The notes beneath the pieces were generated by a model. That model saw only the letters and a list, made by a program, of their open reading frames with translations. It was not told the origin of the DNA and did not search any database. From an uncultured Actinomycetota bacterium (GTDB lineage Bacteria; Actinomycetota; Actinomycetes; Actinomycetales; Microbacteriaceae): a DNA stretch of 64,000 bases. The first letter of the stretch is position 1, and each line of letters opens with the position of its first letter. The translations under genes and the position numbers were made by a program. Positions 39,837 to 50,104 of this stretch are shown one piece after another. Location: assembly GCA_963696085.1 (NCBI GenBank), contig CAVOIQ010000004.1, positions 48,291 to 112,290 of the forward strand. The letters run 5' to 3'.

Positions 39837-41453
39837 GTGAAGAAGTGGATCGTCGTCATCCTGTTGGGCAGCGCCCAGTTCGTGATGGTGCTCGACGGCA
39901 CCGTGATGAATGTGTCGATCTCGACCGTGGTGTCGGACCTCGACACCACCGTGGCGAACATGCAGGCGGCGATCACCTTCTACACGCTCACGATGGCGGC
40001 CTTCATGCTGCTCGGCGCCAAGCTGGGTGACATCTGGGGTCGGCGGCGCGCGTTCGTCATCGGTTCGTGCATCTACGCGGTGGGGTCCCTCACGACGGCG
40101 TTGAGCCCGACCTTCGGGGTCCTCTTCACGGGCTGGTCGATCGTGGAGGGGCTCGGCGCAGTACTGGTGATTCCGGCGATCGCTGCGCTCGTTGCCGACA
40201 ACTACACCGGACGTGACCGAATCGGCGCGTACGCGATCATCGGTGCGGCATCCGGTGCCGCGGTGGCGGCAGGTCCGCTCATCGGCGGCTACGTCACGAC
40301 CTACTACTCATGGCGCTACGTCTTCGTCGCCGAAGTCGTGATCATGGTGATCGTCGTCTTGTTCTCGCGCTCGATCACCGACTCGTCCGTGCGTCAGCGC
40401 GTCCGCATCGACTTCCTCAGCGTGGTGCTGTCGTCAGCGGGCCTCGTATTCGTGGTGTTCGGCATGCTGCAGAGCAAGACGTGGGGATGGATCATTCCGC
40501 TGCATCCCCCGGAGATCGCCGGTGTCGCCATTGCGCCGCTGGGAATATCGCCGACGGCGTGGCTGATGGTCGTCGGGGCCGGTCTGATCGTGCTGTTCGT
40601 GCAGCGTCAGAAGGCGCTGGTGCGCGCGGGTCGCTCGCCGCTCGTGCACGTGGAGATGTTCTCCATCGCCCAACTGCGCAGCGGCCTGTCGGTGTTGGGC
40701 ACCCAGTACGCGATCACCGCGGGACTCTTCTTCATGGTCCCGGTGTATCTGCAGATGACTTTGGGGCTCGACGCGCTGCAGACCGGCATCCGGATCTTCC
40801 CGCTCTCCATCTCGCTCATCCTGTTCTCCTTCGCGGGCACGAGGCTGTCATCCATCTGGTCGGCTCGGCGGATCGTGCGCGTCGGGCAGGTGCTCCTCGT
40901 GGTGAGCGCCGTGCTGCTGCTGGGGACGGCCACCGTCGACCTGCGCAGCGTTCTGTTCGGTGTCGGGATGTTCCTCGCCGGAAGCGCGCTAGGTCTTCTC
41001 GCCTCACAACTCGGCAACGTCAACATGTCGGCCGTGACCGAGAAGGAGACCAGCGAAGTCGGTGGGCTTCAGGGCGTGTTCCAGAACCTGGGTTCCTCCC
41101 TCGGTACGGCCCTCATCGGCTCGATCCTGATCGGCGCATTGGCGACATCGTTCGCCAGTGGAGTCGCGGAAAGCAACCTTCCCGACGAGACGAAGGCAAT
41201 CGTCAGCACCGCGACCGACGGCGGCGTCGATATCGTTCCCGTGCGGGACGTCGCGGACATCGGCGCCAAGGCAGGACTCACCGAAGAAGAGTCGGCTGCG
41301 CTGACGACGGTCTATCGAGAGTCGCAAGTGGCCGCGCTCCGCGTTGCCTTCTTCGGACTCGTTGTGATCAGTCTGGTGGCGCTGCTGTTCTCCGGCGGCA
41401 TTCCTGCAGAGGCACCGGAGCGACGACAGAAGAAGCGCACGCAACCGGCGTAA
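39837..41453 (+). CDS. DHA2-type MFS transporter
   Basis: FVMVLDGTVMNV, GDIWGRRR, GPLIGG, SWRYVF. Confidence 0.9.
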   Translation: MKKWIVVILLGSAQFVMVLDGTVMNVSISTVVSDLDTTVANMQAAITFYTLTMAAFMLLGAKLGDIWGRRRAFVIGSCIYAVGSLTTALSPTFGVLFTGWSIVEGLGAVLVIPAIAALVADNYTGRDRIGAYAIIGAASGAAVAAGPLIGGYVTTYYSWRYVFVAEVVIMVIVVLFSRSITDSSVRQRVRIDFLSVVLSSAGLVFVVFGMLQSKTWGWIIPLHPPEIAGVAIAPLGISPTAWLMVVGAGLIVLFVQRQKALVRAGRSPLVHVEMFSIAQLRSGLSVLGTQYAITAGLFFMVPVYLQMTLGLDALQTGIRIFPLSISLILFSFAGTRLSSIWSARRIVRVGQVLLVVSAVLLLGTATVDLRSVLFGVGMFLAGSALGLLASQLGNVNMSAVTEKETSEVGGLQGVFQNLGSSLGTALIGSILIGALATSFASGVAESNLPDETKAIVSTATDGGVDIVPVRDVADIGAKAGLTEEESAALTTVYRESQVAALRVAFFGLVVISLVALLFSGGIPAEAPERRQKKRTQPA

Positions 41454-41476
41454 CGACCTCCATCAGTGGCGCCGCG

Positions 41477-42667
41477 TCACGCGGAAACGACGACTCGGTC
41501 GCTCACGCTGCTCATTCTCGTCAATGCGATGACAGACAACGCCGCCGCGGGCGCTATCAGCAGTGCCCAGCGGAGAGACGTGGCATCGGCGATCGCACCG
41601 ACCACCGGCGGAGCGAGAAATCCGACCCGCATCGCGACCGAAGCAATAGCGAGACCAGAACCGATGCGCAGGCCCGGAGTCTCATCCGCGGCCTGCATCG
41701 CAGAAGGGATCATCGTGGCGATGCCGACACCCACGAGCGCGAAGCCGGCCAGCGTGCTCCACAGTGCGGGCGAGGCGAGTGCGAGGAGGAAACCGGCCGC
41801 GGCCAGGCACGCTCCGCCGTCGAGGACCCGTCGGGTTCCCCACCTCATGATCGCCCCGTCACCGGCCAAGCGACCGATCGTGAGGGCGCACATGAAGACG
41901 ATGAAGACCAGTCCTGCGGCTTCTTTCGCCGTGCCGACGATGTCCACGAGGTAGATTCCGCCCCAGGTCGACACCATGTCCTCGAGCAGTGCGCCGATGA
42001 TCGCGATGCCCAACACCGCGAGAAACGGCCCGACCGCCAGTCGGCGAGCGGGGGAGAGCGTGTGTGGTGCGGCATCCGCTTCGGCCTTAGTGGAAGGCGC
42101 GGGGAGTCGTACGAGGTAGCCCGCGACGCCGGAGAGCAGCGCGATGGCAATTCCGGTGGCGACGAGTTGCGTCGCGATCGGCACGGCGGTCGAGATGGCG
42201 AGCGCGGCAACCAGTCCGCCGGCGATCGCGCCGATGCTCCACACCCCGTGCAGGCCACTGATCACCGATCGGCCCATCAGGCGCTGCACTCGCAATCCGT
42301 GCGCGTTGTTGGCGATGTCGCCGGTGCTGTCGAGGACACCGGCAATGAAGAGCGCCACAGCGAGTTGCACGCCGTCGGCGGCCAGCGAGATCAGCACAAG
42401 ATTGAGCCCGAGCAGGACAGACGACGTGACCGCCGTCGGTGCGGAGCCGATGGCGCGGAGGATTCGCCCGGCGACCAGCCCCGCCACGAGAGACCCCACC
42501 GGACCCGCGGCGATGATCAGTCCGAGCGCGCTGTTGTCGAGGTCGAACGTCGCGCGGAACTCGACATATCGCGGGACGATCGACGCGAACGCGACAGCGT
42601 TGACGAAGAAGAGGAGCGCCACGCCCCACCGCGCCCGGCTCGCCCGTGTTTCAAGTGCAGATCTCAC
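41477..42667 (-). CDS. MFS transporter (FucP/YbjJ-like)
   Basis: 12 hydrophobic segments; DIANNAHG, SGLHGVWSIG, GRLAGD; -10 TATGGT 6 nt before the GTG. Confidence 0.85.
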   Translation of the reverse strand: MRSALETRASRARWGVALLFFVNAVAFASIVPRYVEFRATFDLDNSALGLIIAAGPVGSLVAGLVAGRILRAIGSAPTAVTSSVLLGLNLVLISLAADGVQLAVALFIAGVLDSTGDIANNAHGLRVQRLMGRSVISGLHGVWSIGAIAGGLVAALAISTAVPIATQLVATGIAIALLSGVAGYLVRLPAPSTKAEADAAPHTLSPARRLAVGPFLAVLGIAIIGALLEDMVSTWGGIYLVDIVGTAKEAAGLVFIVFMCALTIGRLAGDGAIMRWGTRRVLDGGACLAAAGFLLALASPALWSTLAGFALVGVGIATMIPSAMQAADETPGLRIGSGLAIASVAMRVGFLAPPVVGAIADATSLRWALLIAPAAALSVIALTRMSSVSDRVVVSA

Positions 42668-42795
42668 TTGTGCACCATAGCCGGAATCTGGGACCGGTCA
42701 CAGACACCGGCTACGTCATTCGTATCATGGGGGCCGGAACTGCCCCTACCCCGGGTTGCGTTTGGCAGACTGGAGCGACGCGAGAAGGAGAAGCA

Positions 42796-43686
42796 ATGAA
42801 GCAGCGCAATCTGGCGGGACGACAGGTCTCGGCGATCGGCCTGGGCGCCATGCCCCTTTCGATGAACAACGACAAGAAGTACCCGTCGTTCGAGGATGCC
42901 GTAGCAACGGTGCATGCCGCCCTCGACGCAGGCGTCACCCTCATCGACACCGCCGACATCTATGCCCCCGACGGTGAAGAGATGGGACACAACGAACGCA
43001 TCGTCGCCGAGGCGCTCCGCACGTGGGGCGGCGACTCGTCGAACATCTTCGTCGCCACCAAGGGCGGCATCACGCTCACGGAAGACGGCACCAAGACACG
43101 CGATGGGTCCGAGGCTTATCTGCGATCGGCCGTGGAGAAATCTCTCGAGATCTTCGGCGTCGACCAGATCGAGCTCTACCAATACCATCGCCCCGACCGC
43201 ACCCGGGTCTACGCCGACATCATGAAAAGTTTGAAATCGCTGCATGACGCCGGGCTCGTTCGTGCGGTCGGCATCTCGAACGCGAGCGTCGAGGAGATCC
43301 AGATCGCTCTCGACGTGCTCGGCGAAGGAAACCTTGCCAGCGTGCAGAACGAGTTCTCGCCGAAGCATCCGGGAAGCATCGACGAACTGCGCTTCTGCGC
43401 CGACCACGACATCGCGTTCCTGCCGTGGAGTCCCCTCGGTGGCACCGGCGGGGGTGCTCGCAGCGTCGGCGATCGGTTCTCGGCCTTCCGCGAGGTGGGC
43501 GATGCCCACGGCGTCAGCCCTCAGCAGGCCGTGCTCGCGTGGGAACTCGCCCTCGACCCACACGTCATCCCGATCCCCGGTGCGCGGCGGGCAGCGTCCA
43601 TCACGGACTCGGCGAAAGCCGCCGATCTGGAACTCACCGCCGATGAAGTGACCCAGCTGTCCGAGTCGGTGGGAATCTTCGACTGA
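42796..43686 (+). CDS. Aldo/keto reductase
   Basis: SD AAGGAG; IGLGAM, IDTADIY, ATKGG, YQYHRPD, VGISN, PWSPLGG, PIPG. Confidence 0.93.
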   Translation: MKQRNLAGRQVSAIGLGAMPLSMNNDKKYPSFEDAVATVHAALDAGVTLIDTADIYAPDGEEMGHNERIVAEALRTWGGDSSNIFVATKGGITLTEDGTKTRDGSEAYLRSAVEKSLEIFGVDQIELYQYHRPDRTRVYADIMKSLKSLHDAGLVRAVGISNASVEEIQIALDVLGEGNLASVQNEFSPKHPGSIDELRFCADHDIAFLPWSPLGGTGGGARSVGDRFSAFREVGDAHGVSPQQAVLAWELALDPHVIPIPGARRAASITDSAKAADLELTADEVTQLSESVGIFD

Positions 43687-43745
43687 GCGTCCATCCGCGC
43701 GGCGTTCACGGGAAGCGACCAGGTATCGCTTCGCTTGACAGGTCG

Positions 43746-43817
43746 ACGCGACGGCGGGATTCGAACCCACTGCACTTCCGGGTATGAGCCGGTGCCCGGG
43801 CCATCCGGATCGTCGCG
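43746..43817 (-). tRNA. Atypical tRNA-like element with CAT anticodon (Met-like; may be pseudo or non-canonical)
   Basis: Minus strand: acceptor CGCGACG/CGTCGCG, D arm CCGG-ATGGC-CCGG, anticodon loop CTCATAC closed by CCGG/CCGG, T arm GTGGG-TTCGAAT-CCCGC. No U8 and no encoded CCA. Confidence 0.6.
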
Positions 43818-43993
43818 GTGAAGCCAACGTAACCCGACGCTCCGACGTCGCGGATCCATGTGACAGGCCGTTGCGACGCATGACGGTCTGTGACGGCATC
43901 CGGGTTCAGCGAATCAGCGGGGCTGGCTCAAACGCACCGGCTCTCAGCAAACTCGGCGGCGGTGTCGCAGCACCCGCCTACACTTGAGAGGCC

Positions 43994-46435
43994 ATGACCG
44001 ACGCCTCCCAGCCCCTGATCGTCGGCGGCGACCGCGGACCCGAAACGCGCCCCGATGCCGACCTGCTCGAGGGCCTGAATCCACCGCAGCGCACCGCCGT
44101 CACCTATCGCGGACCCGCCCTGCTGATCGTTGCCGGCGCCGGATCGGGTAAGACCCGCGTCCTGACGCATCGCATCGCCTCCCTCCTGCGCGGACGTGAG
44201 GCATGGCCCAGCCAGATCCTCGCCATCACCTTCACCAACAAGGCCGCAGGCGAGATGCGCGAACGCGTTCAGCACCTGATCGGCGACAGCGCGCAGGGCA
44301 TGTGGATTTCGACGTTCCACTCCGCGTGCGTACGAATCCTCCGCCGTGAAGCGCAGCAGTTCGGCTTCACGAAGAGCTTCACGATCTACGACTCGGGCGA
44401 TTCGCGTGCGCTGATCAAACGGTTGGTGAAGGAGCACGAAGCGGATGCCTTCGGTCTCACGCCAGCGGGCGTGCAGAGTCGCATCTCGAAGCTGAAGAAC
44501 GAACTGGCGGATGCCGAGTCCTACGCGCGCCAGGCCAATATGTCCGACCCGGCGGAGCGCATCTTCGTCGAGATTTTCGCCGATTATCAGCGCGCGCTCC
44601 AGCGGGCGAATGCCTTCGACTTCGACGACCTCATCGCGCAGACCGTTTACCTCTTCCGCGCGTTCCCGCACGTCGCGAACGTCTATCGCCGCCGGTTTCG
44701 ACACGTCCTCGTCGACGAATACCAGGACACGAACCATGCGCAATACTCGCTGATCCACGAACTGACCCGCCCCGTCGTGGGGGAGACGGCCGAGCCGTTC
44801 GAATCCGGCGGGATGATGATCTTCGAGCCGGAGCGTGCTCCCGAACTGGACGCCGCGTCGCTCACCGTCGTCGGCGACTCCGATCAATCCATCTACGCGT
44901 TCCGCGGCGCCGACATCCGTAACATCACGGAGTTCGAACGCGACTACCCCGGCGCGAAGGTCGTGCTGCTCGAGCAGAATTACCGCTCGACGCAGAACAT
45001 CCTCTCGGCGGCGAACGCCGTGATCGGCAACAACTTCGACCGCAAAGACAAGAAGCTGTGGACCGACGTGGGAGCGGGCGACCCGATCGTCGGGTTCACC
45101 GGGTACTCGCAGCACGATGAGGCACAGTTCGTCGCGGATGAGATCGAGGCGCTGCGACGCACCGGGATGGCCTACTCGGAGATGTCGGTGTTCTACCGCA
45201 CCAACTCGCAGTCGCGGGCGCTGGAGGAGATCTTCATTCGCTCGGCCCTGCCCTACAAGATCATGGGCGGCACGAAGTTCTACGATCGCGCAGAGATCAA
45301 GGACGCGTTGGCGTACCTCGTCGCCATCTCGAACCCCGCCGACGAGATGGCGGTCCGGCGGATTCTGAACAAGCCCCGCCGCGGCATCGGCGATGTGACC
45401 GAGACGGCGATCGCCCGTTACGCCGCCGACGAGGGCATCACCTTCCGCGACGCGCTCGCGAACGCACCGTCGCTCGGCGTCGGGCAGAAGATTCAGACGG
45501 CGATCACGCGGCTCGACGCGGTGCTCGCAGAAGCCGCCGCGATCATGCTCCCCGAGTCCGGCGAGCTCGCCCCACCGACCGCCGTGGCAGAGGGACTCAC
45601 GCTGCTGCTGAATAAGAGCGGCTATCTCGAGGCGCTCCGGGCGAGCAAAGACCCGCAGGACGAAGCACGGCTGGAGAACCTCGACGAACTCGTCGCGGTG
45701 ACCCGCGAGTTCGCGCGCAACAACCCCGAAGGCACGATCCTCGACTTCCTCACCGAGGTCGCGCTCGTCTCCGACGCCGACGATCTCGAGAGCGATTCAG
45801 GCTTCGTGTCGCTGATGACGATGCACACCGCGAAAGGGCTCGAATACGATGCCGTGTTCGTCACCGGCGTCGAAGAGGACCTCATCCCGCACCGCATCTC
45901 GGCGGGCGAGCCCGGCGGACCTCAGGAAGAGCGGCGACTGTTCTATGTTGCGCTGACCCGCGCGCGCAAGCGCCTGTACCTGTCGCTTGCCATGACACGG
46001 GCGCAGTTCGGTGAAGTGACCGTGGCGATGCCCAGCCGGTTCTTGCAGGAGATTCCGCACGAGCTCATCGACTGGCGGCAGTCACCCGGCGACGTCAATT
46101 CGCGTGGCGGAATGCAGTCCCGCGCTCTCAATGCACGTCGCTCCGGTGGCTTCGGTGGGGGATCGACGAACCGATACGGTGACGATCTCGTGCCGCTCCC
46201 GCGCCGCGAGAAGAGCGGATCGATCGAGAAGTTCGCGAACCGGATTCCCGCGAAAGTACGCGACAACGGTGACATGGAATTGGCATCGGGCGACCGCATC
46301 CGCCATGACGATTTCGGCGATGGGCGCGTCGACGCCGTCACCGGCGAGGGCGCCAAGCGCGTGGCACATGTGCGTTTCGACAAGGTGGGCGCGAAGAAGC
46401 TGCTCATCAAGATCGCACCCATCCAGAAGATCTGA
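43994..46435 (+). CDS. pcrA: UvrD/PcrA SF1 helicase
   Basis: AGAGSGKT, ITFTNKAA, DEYQDTN, GDSDQSIY, NYRST, TMHTAKGLE, EERRLFYVALTRA, C-terminal Tudor-like tail. Confidence 0.97.
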   Translation: MTDASQPLIVGGDRGPETRPDADLLEGLNPPQRTAVTYRGPALLIVAGAGSGKTRVLTHRIASLLRGREAWPSQILAITFTNKAAGEMRERVQHLIGDSAQGMWISTFHSACVRILRREAQQFGFTKSFTIYDSGDSRALIKRLVKEHEADAFGLTPAGVQSRISKLKNELADAESYARQANMSDPAERIFVEIFADYQRALQRANAFDFDDLIAQTVYLFRAFPHVANVYRRRFRHVLVDEYQDTNHAQYSLIHELTRPVVGETAEPFESGGMMIFEPERAPELDAASLTVVGDSDQSIYAFRGADIRNITEFERDYPGAKVVLLEQNYRSTQNILSAANAVIGNNFDRKDKKLWTDVGAGDPIVGFTGYSQHDEAQFVADEIEALRRTGMAYSEMSVFYRTNSQSRALEEIFIRSALPYKIMGGTKFYDRAEIKDALAYLVAISNPADEMAVRRILNKPRRGIGDVTETAIARYAADEGITFRDALANAPSLGVGQKIQTAITRLDAVLAEAAAIMLPESGELAPPTAVAEGLTLLLNKSGYLEALRASKDPQDEARLENLDELVAVTREFARNNPEGTILDFLTEVALVSDADDLESDSGFVSLMTMHTAKGLEYDAVFVTGVEEDLIPHRISAGEPGGPQEERRLFYVALTRARKRLYLSLAMTRAQFGEVTVAMPSRFLQEIPHELIDWRQSPGDVNSRGGMQSRALNARRSGGFGGGSTNRYGDDLVPLPRREKSGSIEKFANRIPAKVRDNGDMELASGDRIRHDDFGDGRVDAVTGEGAKRVAHVRFDKVGAKKLLIKIAPIQKI

Positions 46436-46480
46436 CCCTCGCGGCTGAATGACATGAGCGACGCTGGGTAGGCTCGAACG

Positions 46481-47521
46481 ATGGCATTGTTCAAGCGCGA
46501 CAAGAATCGCAGGGCTGACAGAGAAGCAGCGGTCGATCCTCCGGTCACGGATGCCGAACCGGTCGAATCCGAACCGATCGAGTCCGAGCCGGTACCCCAG
46601 GTCAACATCTCGATGTCGACGTTCGGTGCGCCCGCCGCCCCGCCCACGCCCATCGCCGCGCCTGCGATCACCCGCCCGGCCGCGCCGCCGGTCGGAACGC
46701 CGACGGTCCGTCCGCCGGCCGAAGCACCCGCAAAAACAGAGACGGCGTTGGGGCTTCCCGACAACGTGCTGGTCGTGGAGGCGCTCCAGAAGCTGTCGGA
46801 TCCGCCGACGAACGACGAGGCGATGAACGTCATGCGCCAGGCCTTACAGGGCCATCTGTTCGTGCGCGTCCGTGGCGACGCCCGTGCATTGCTGTCGGAG
46901 GGAAAGCCGCTCGATCTCGCGGTCTCCGAAGTCGATGGCAACCGCTTCCTGCTCGCCTTCAGTGGCGGCGCGGGGTTGCAAGCCAGCGTGCGAGCCGACG
47001 GCGACACGGCGACCTCGGCGATCAGCCAGCCGGTGCGCGACATCTTCCGTACGGCGATCGATGGCCCGTATGCGGGCATCATCGTCGATCACGCCACCGC
47101 CGGCGCGCGCATCAATCTCCCCACGGGCCTTCTCGAAAAGGCGTCGGGCGAGGGCGACCCGGCGCGGACGGTCAAGGCTCTGCTCGCTGCTCCCCGAACC
47201 TCGGACACGGCGGCGGCAGTCGCAGAGGCGCTCACCACGTCGCCACTCTGGGTCGCTGCTGGTCCGAGCGATGAGAACGGCAAGTTCGGGCTCGCAGAGT
47301 CGCGCTCACCCGATGGCACGCGCCGCCTCGAGGTGTTCACGCATCCGCTCGAGATCGTCTGCATGCGCCGCGGTGACCGTACCCTTCCGATCACGGGCGC
47401 GCAGCTGGCGAAGGCGCTGACGAGCGGCTCGGGTCTGACCGGCATCGTGGTCGATCCTGCGGGGCCCTGGATCGAACTTTCGCTGACCGACCTCGCGCCG
47501 TTACTCGAACTCGAGGCCTGA
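46481..47521 (+). CDS. SseB-family protein with two tandem SseB-like domains
   Basis: Repeated pattern (FLLAFS...GIIVDHA; LEVFT...GIVVDPAG); Pro-rich N-terminus. Confidence 0.7.
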   Translation: MALFKRDKNRRADREAAVDPPVTDAEPVESEPIESEPVPQVNISMSTFGAPAAPPTPIAAPAITRPAAPPVGTPTVRPPAEAPAKTETALGLPDNVLVVEALQKLSDPPTNDEAMNVMRQALQGHLFVRVRGDARALLSEGKPLDLAVSEVDGNRFLLAFSGGAGLQASVRADGDTATSAISQPVRDIFRTAIDGPYAGIIVDHATAGARINLPTGLLEKASGEGDPARTVKALLAAPRTSDTAAAVAEALTTSPLWVAAGPSDENGKFGLAESRSPDGTRRLEVFTHPLEIVCMRRGDRTLPITGAQLAKALTSGSGLTGIVVDPAGPWIELSLTDLAPLLELEA

Positions 47522-47553
47522 CACACAGGCATCTGGCTGAGTAGGGTCGGGGC

Positions 47554-48585
47554 ATGGCCTCCGAGCGCATCACACTGACTGTCCCAGGGCCGCACGGCGA
47601 TCGCGAGGTCGGCCTCTCGAGTCCGAACAGGGTCATCTGGCCCGAACTCGGCATCACCAAGCACGAGCTCGCCGAGTACGCCATCGCGGTCGCAGAGCCA
47701 TTCCTGGCCGCGAACGGGCACCGACCGATTTCGCTCGAGCGGTTCCCCGCATCGATCGACGGCGAGCGGTTCTTCTCGAAGAATCCACCCAAAGGCTCGC
47801 CGGAGTTCGTCAATCAGGTGATGTGCACCTACAACAGCGGACGGAAGCATCCCCAGGTCGTGCTCGACGAGGCCGCGGCCATCGTGTGGGCGGTCCAGAT
47901 GAATACCGTGGTCTTTCACCCCTGGTCGTCGCTGGCCGCCGATACCGACAACCCCGTCGAGTTGCGGATCGACCTCGATCCGCAACCGGGCACGGATTTC
48001 GCGGATGCCGCATCCGTCGCCCCTGCTCTGCGTGACGTGCTCGCCGAGGCCGGGCTCACCGCCTTCCTCAAGACGAGCGGCAATCGCGGCATCCACGTCT
48101 TCTGCCCGATCGAACCGACGCACGAGTTTCTCGACGTCCGCCATGCGGTCATCGCGGCCGGCCGTGAACTCGCGCGGCGCATGCCCGAGCGCGTCACCAC
48201 GAACTGGTGGAAAGAGGAGCGCGGCGAGCGCATCTTCGTGGACTTCAACCAGGCCAACCGCGACCGGACGATGGCCGGCGCCTACAGCCCGAGGGCGCTG
48301 GCCGGAGCGACTGTCGCGACACCCATCACGTGGGATGAATTGGCGGATGTGAACCCCGCGGCATTCACCGTGCGGACGGTGCCGGAGCGCCTCGCGACCG
48401 TCGGCGACCCGTGGGCGGATCTCCAGGCCTCACCCGGGCGCATCGACACGCTGCTGGAGTGGTGGGAGCGCGATCTGAGCGACGGTCTGGGCGAACTGCC
48501 CTTCCCCCCGGAATTCCCCAAGATGCCGGGTGAACCGTCGCGCGTACAGCCGAGTCGTGCGAAGAAGCCCGAAGCCGAGGGTTGA
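47554..48585 (+). CDS. LigD-type primase-polymerase (Prim-PolC)
   Basis: LSSPNRVIWP, ERFFSKN, RIDLDP, KTSGNRGIHV, FVDFNQ. Confidence 0.92.
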   Translation: MASERITLTVPGPHGDREVGLSSPNRVIWPELGITKHELAEYAIAVAEPFLAANGHRPISLERFPASIDGERFFSKNPPKGSPEFVNQVMCTYNSGRKHPQVVLDEAAAIVWAVQMNTVVFHPWSSLAADTDNPVELRIDLDPQPGTDFADAASVAPALRDVLAEAGLTAFLKTSGNRGIHVFCPIEPTHEFLDVRHAVIAAGRELARRMPERVTTNWWKEERGERIFVDFNQANRDRTMAGAYSPRALAGATVATPITWDELADVNPAAFTVRTVPERLATVGDPWADLQASPGRIDTLLEWWERDLSDGLGELPFPPEFPKMPGEPSRVQPSRAKKPEAEG

Positions 48586-48605
48586 GGCCGTCGGCGCGAC
48601 CGCCG

Positions 48606-48710
48606 CCGAACCCATCCTCATGCGCCGAACCCCTATCCAATCTGCGCAGAAAGACTATGGGTTGGGCGTTCGGGGATGGGTTGGGCGTCGGGGAGCGCGA
48701 ACCTATCCAT
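48606..48710. repeat. Degenerate direct/inverted repeats between convergent genes
   Basis: ATGGGTTGGGCG(T)TCGGGG twice (48657-48693); CCGAACCC(C/A)..TCC-like units at 48606, 48625 and ~48698. Confidence 0.55.
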
Positions 48711-50031
48711 CGGTGCCCCACTCGCGTTCGGTGACGACCCGCGCGACGGTGAGTCCCACCGCGAGGGCGATGACGATGAACACGGCCAGGATGCCGAATT
48801 CCACGGCAGCCACCGTGTCGCCGTCGATCGTGGCGACGATGGCTCGATACGACGCGGCGCCGGGAACCATGATGATCACGGCGGGGACGGTGAGGGCGAT
48901 CCGGGGCGCTCGAATGAGCTTGGTCGCGACGTAGGCACCCAAGCCCACCGCGAGTCCGGCGGCGGCGGCAGCCACGGCGGGCATGACTCCCGAGTCGACG
49001 AGGGTCAGTCGTCCGACGTTGGCCACCGCGCCGATCACCGCCGCAGTGAGCGCGATGCGCATCGGAGTGGCGAACAAGATGGCGAAGCCGAGGACTCCGA
49101 TGAATCCCGCACCGAGTCGGACCACAGAAAGCAGGGGCTCGGGGACCACCGGCGAGAGGGTATCGGTCGCGCTCGTTTCGAAGACGGCGGCGACGGCCCA
49201 GACGGCGCTGCCGCATGCCAGCAGGATCAGGCAGGCGTACACCACGCGCATCACACCCGCGTTCAAGTCGAGGCGTGCGAGATCCAGCGCTCCGGTCACC
49301 AACGGGAACCCGGGCACGAGGAAGAGGACCGAGCTGGTGAGTGCTGCGCCATAGGCGATCTCCGGCGCACCCGCCAGGCTGAGCACGTGCGATACGGCGA
49401 GGAAGCCGAGGAGTGCGGTCAGGGCCGCCAGGAACACGAGCAGAAACTCGTTGAACCGCGCACGCGCACACAGAATTCGCACCCACTGACCGGCCGCGAC
49501 AGCGAGCGCGACGCTGACGATTTCGGGCCAGCCGCCGTTGTTGAGGAATGCAAAGGCGGCGCACGCCGCCGCAGCGCTTGCCACCCGCAGCGTCATCGAG
49601 TACAGCGGCGGGGTCGACTCGATGCGGTCGAGGTCGCGCTGGAGGACCTCGACCCGGACACCGCCTTCGATGTCATGCGACAGATTCTTCAGCAGCGCGA
49701 TCCGCTGCGCATTGACGCCGGGACGACGAATCTCCGCCACCCTCGTGCGGAAGAGTGCGCCGCGGTGCGCGGTCACGATGATGTCGGTCATGCCCACCCG
49801 CGATTCGAGCCGCTCGATGCCGAGCGCTTTGGCCGTGCGCGTCATCGTGTCTCGGACTCGTGCGGACGAGGCGCCCGCGCCCAGCATCATTGCGCCCATG
49901 CGCAGAACGGCATCGGTGCGGGCGATGAAGAGGACCGGCTCCAGGTTGAGTTCGGCCGTCAGCTCGGTGACTTCTCCCGGTTCGACCGGCTCAATCGGCT
50001 CTCCGGTCTCGCCGTCCCGATCACCGCTCAT
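48703..50031 (-). CDS. Threonine/serine exporter (ThrE family)
   Basis: GASSARVRDTM, VPGFPLV..ALDL, VPGAASYRA; hydrophobic C-terminal half. Confidence 0.88.
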   Translation of the reverse strand: MSGDRDGETGEPIEPVEPGEVTELTAELNLEPVLFIARTDAVLRMGAMMLGAGASSARVRDTMTRTAKALGIERLESRVGMTDIIVTAHRGALFRTRVAEIRRPGVNAQRIALLKNLSHDIEGGVRVEVLQRDLDRIESTPPLYSMTLRVASAAAACAAFAFLNNGGWPEIVSVALAVAAGQWVRILCARARFNEFLLVFLAALTALLGFLAVSHVLSLAGAPEIAYGAALTSSVLFLVPGFPLVTGALDLARLDLNAGVMRVVYACLILLACGSAVWAVAAVFETSATDTLSPVVPEPLLSVVRLGAGFIGVLGFAILFATPMRIALTAAVIGAVANVGRLTLVDSGVMPAVAAAAAGLAVGLGAYVATKLIRAPRIALTVPAVIIMVPGAASYRAIVATIDGDTVAAVEFGILAVFIVIALAVGLTVARVVTEREWGTDG

Positions 50032-50104
50032 GGGTCGATCCTGGCATCCTCAGTGACCGAAGCGTGAGAGCCGCCGCCCGACGGCCCGCAGAACTCGTCG
50101 GAGG

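Noticed and set aside
43746-43817. tRNA-Sec or tRNA-Pyl identity
   Set aside because: The anticodon is CAT, not TCA or CTA; there is no long variable arm and no sel/pyl genes in the window.
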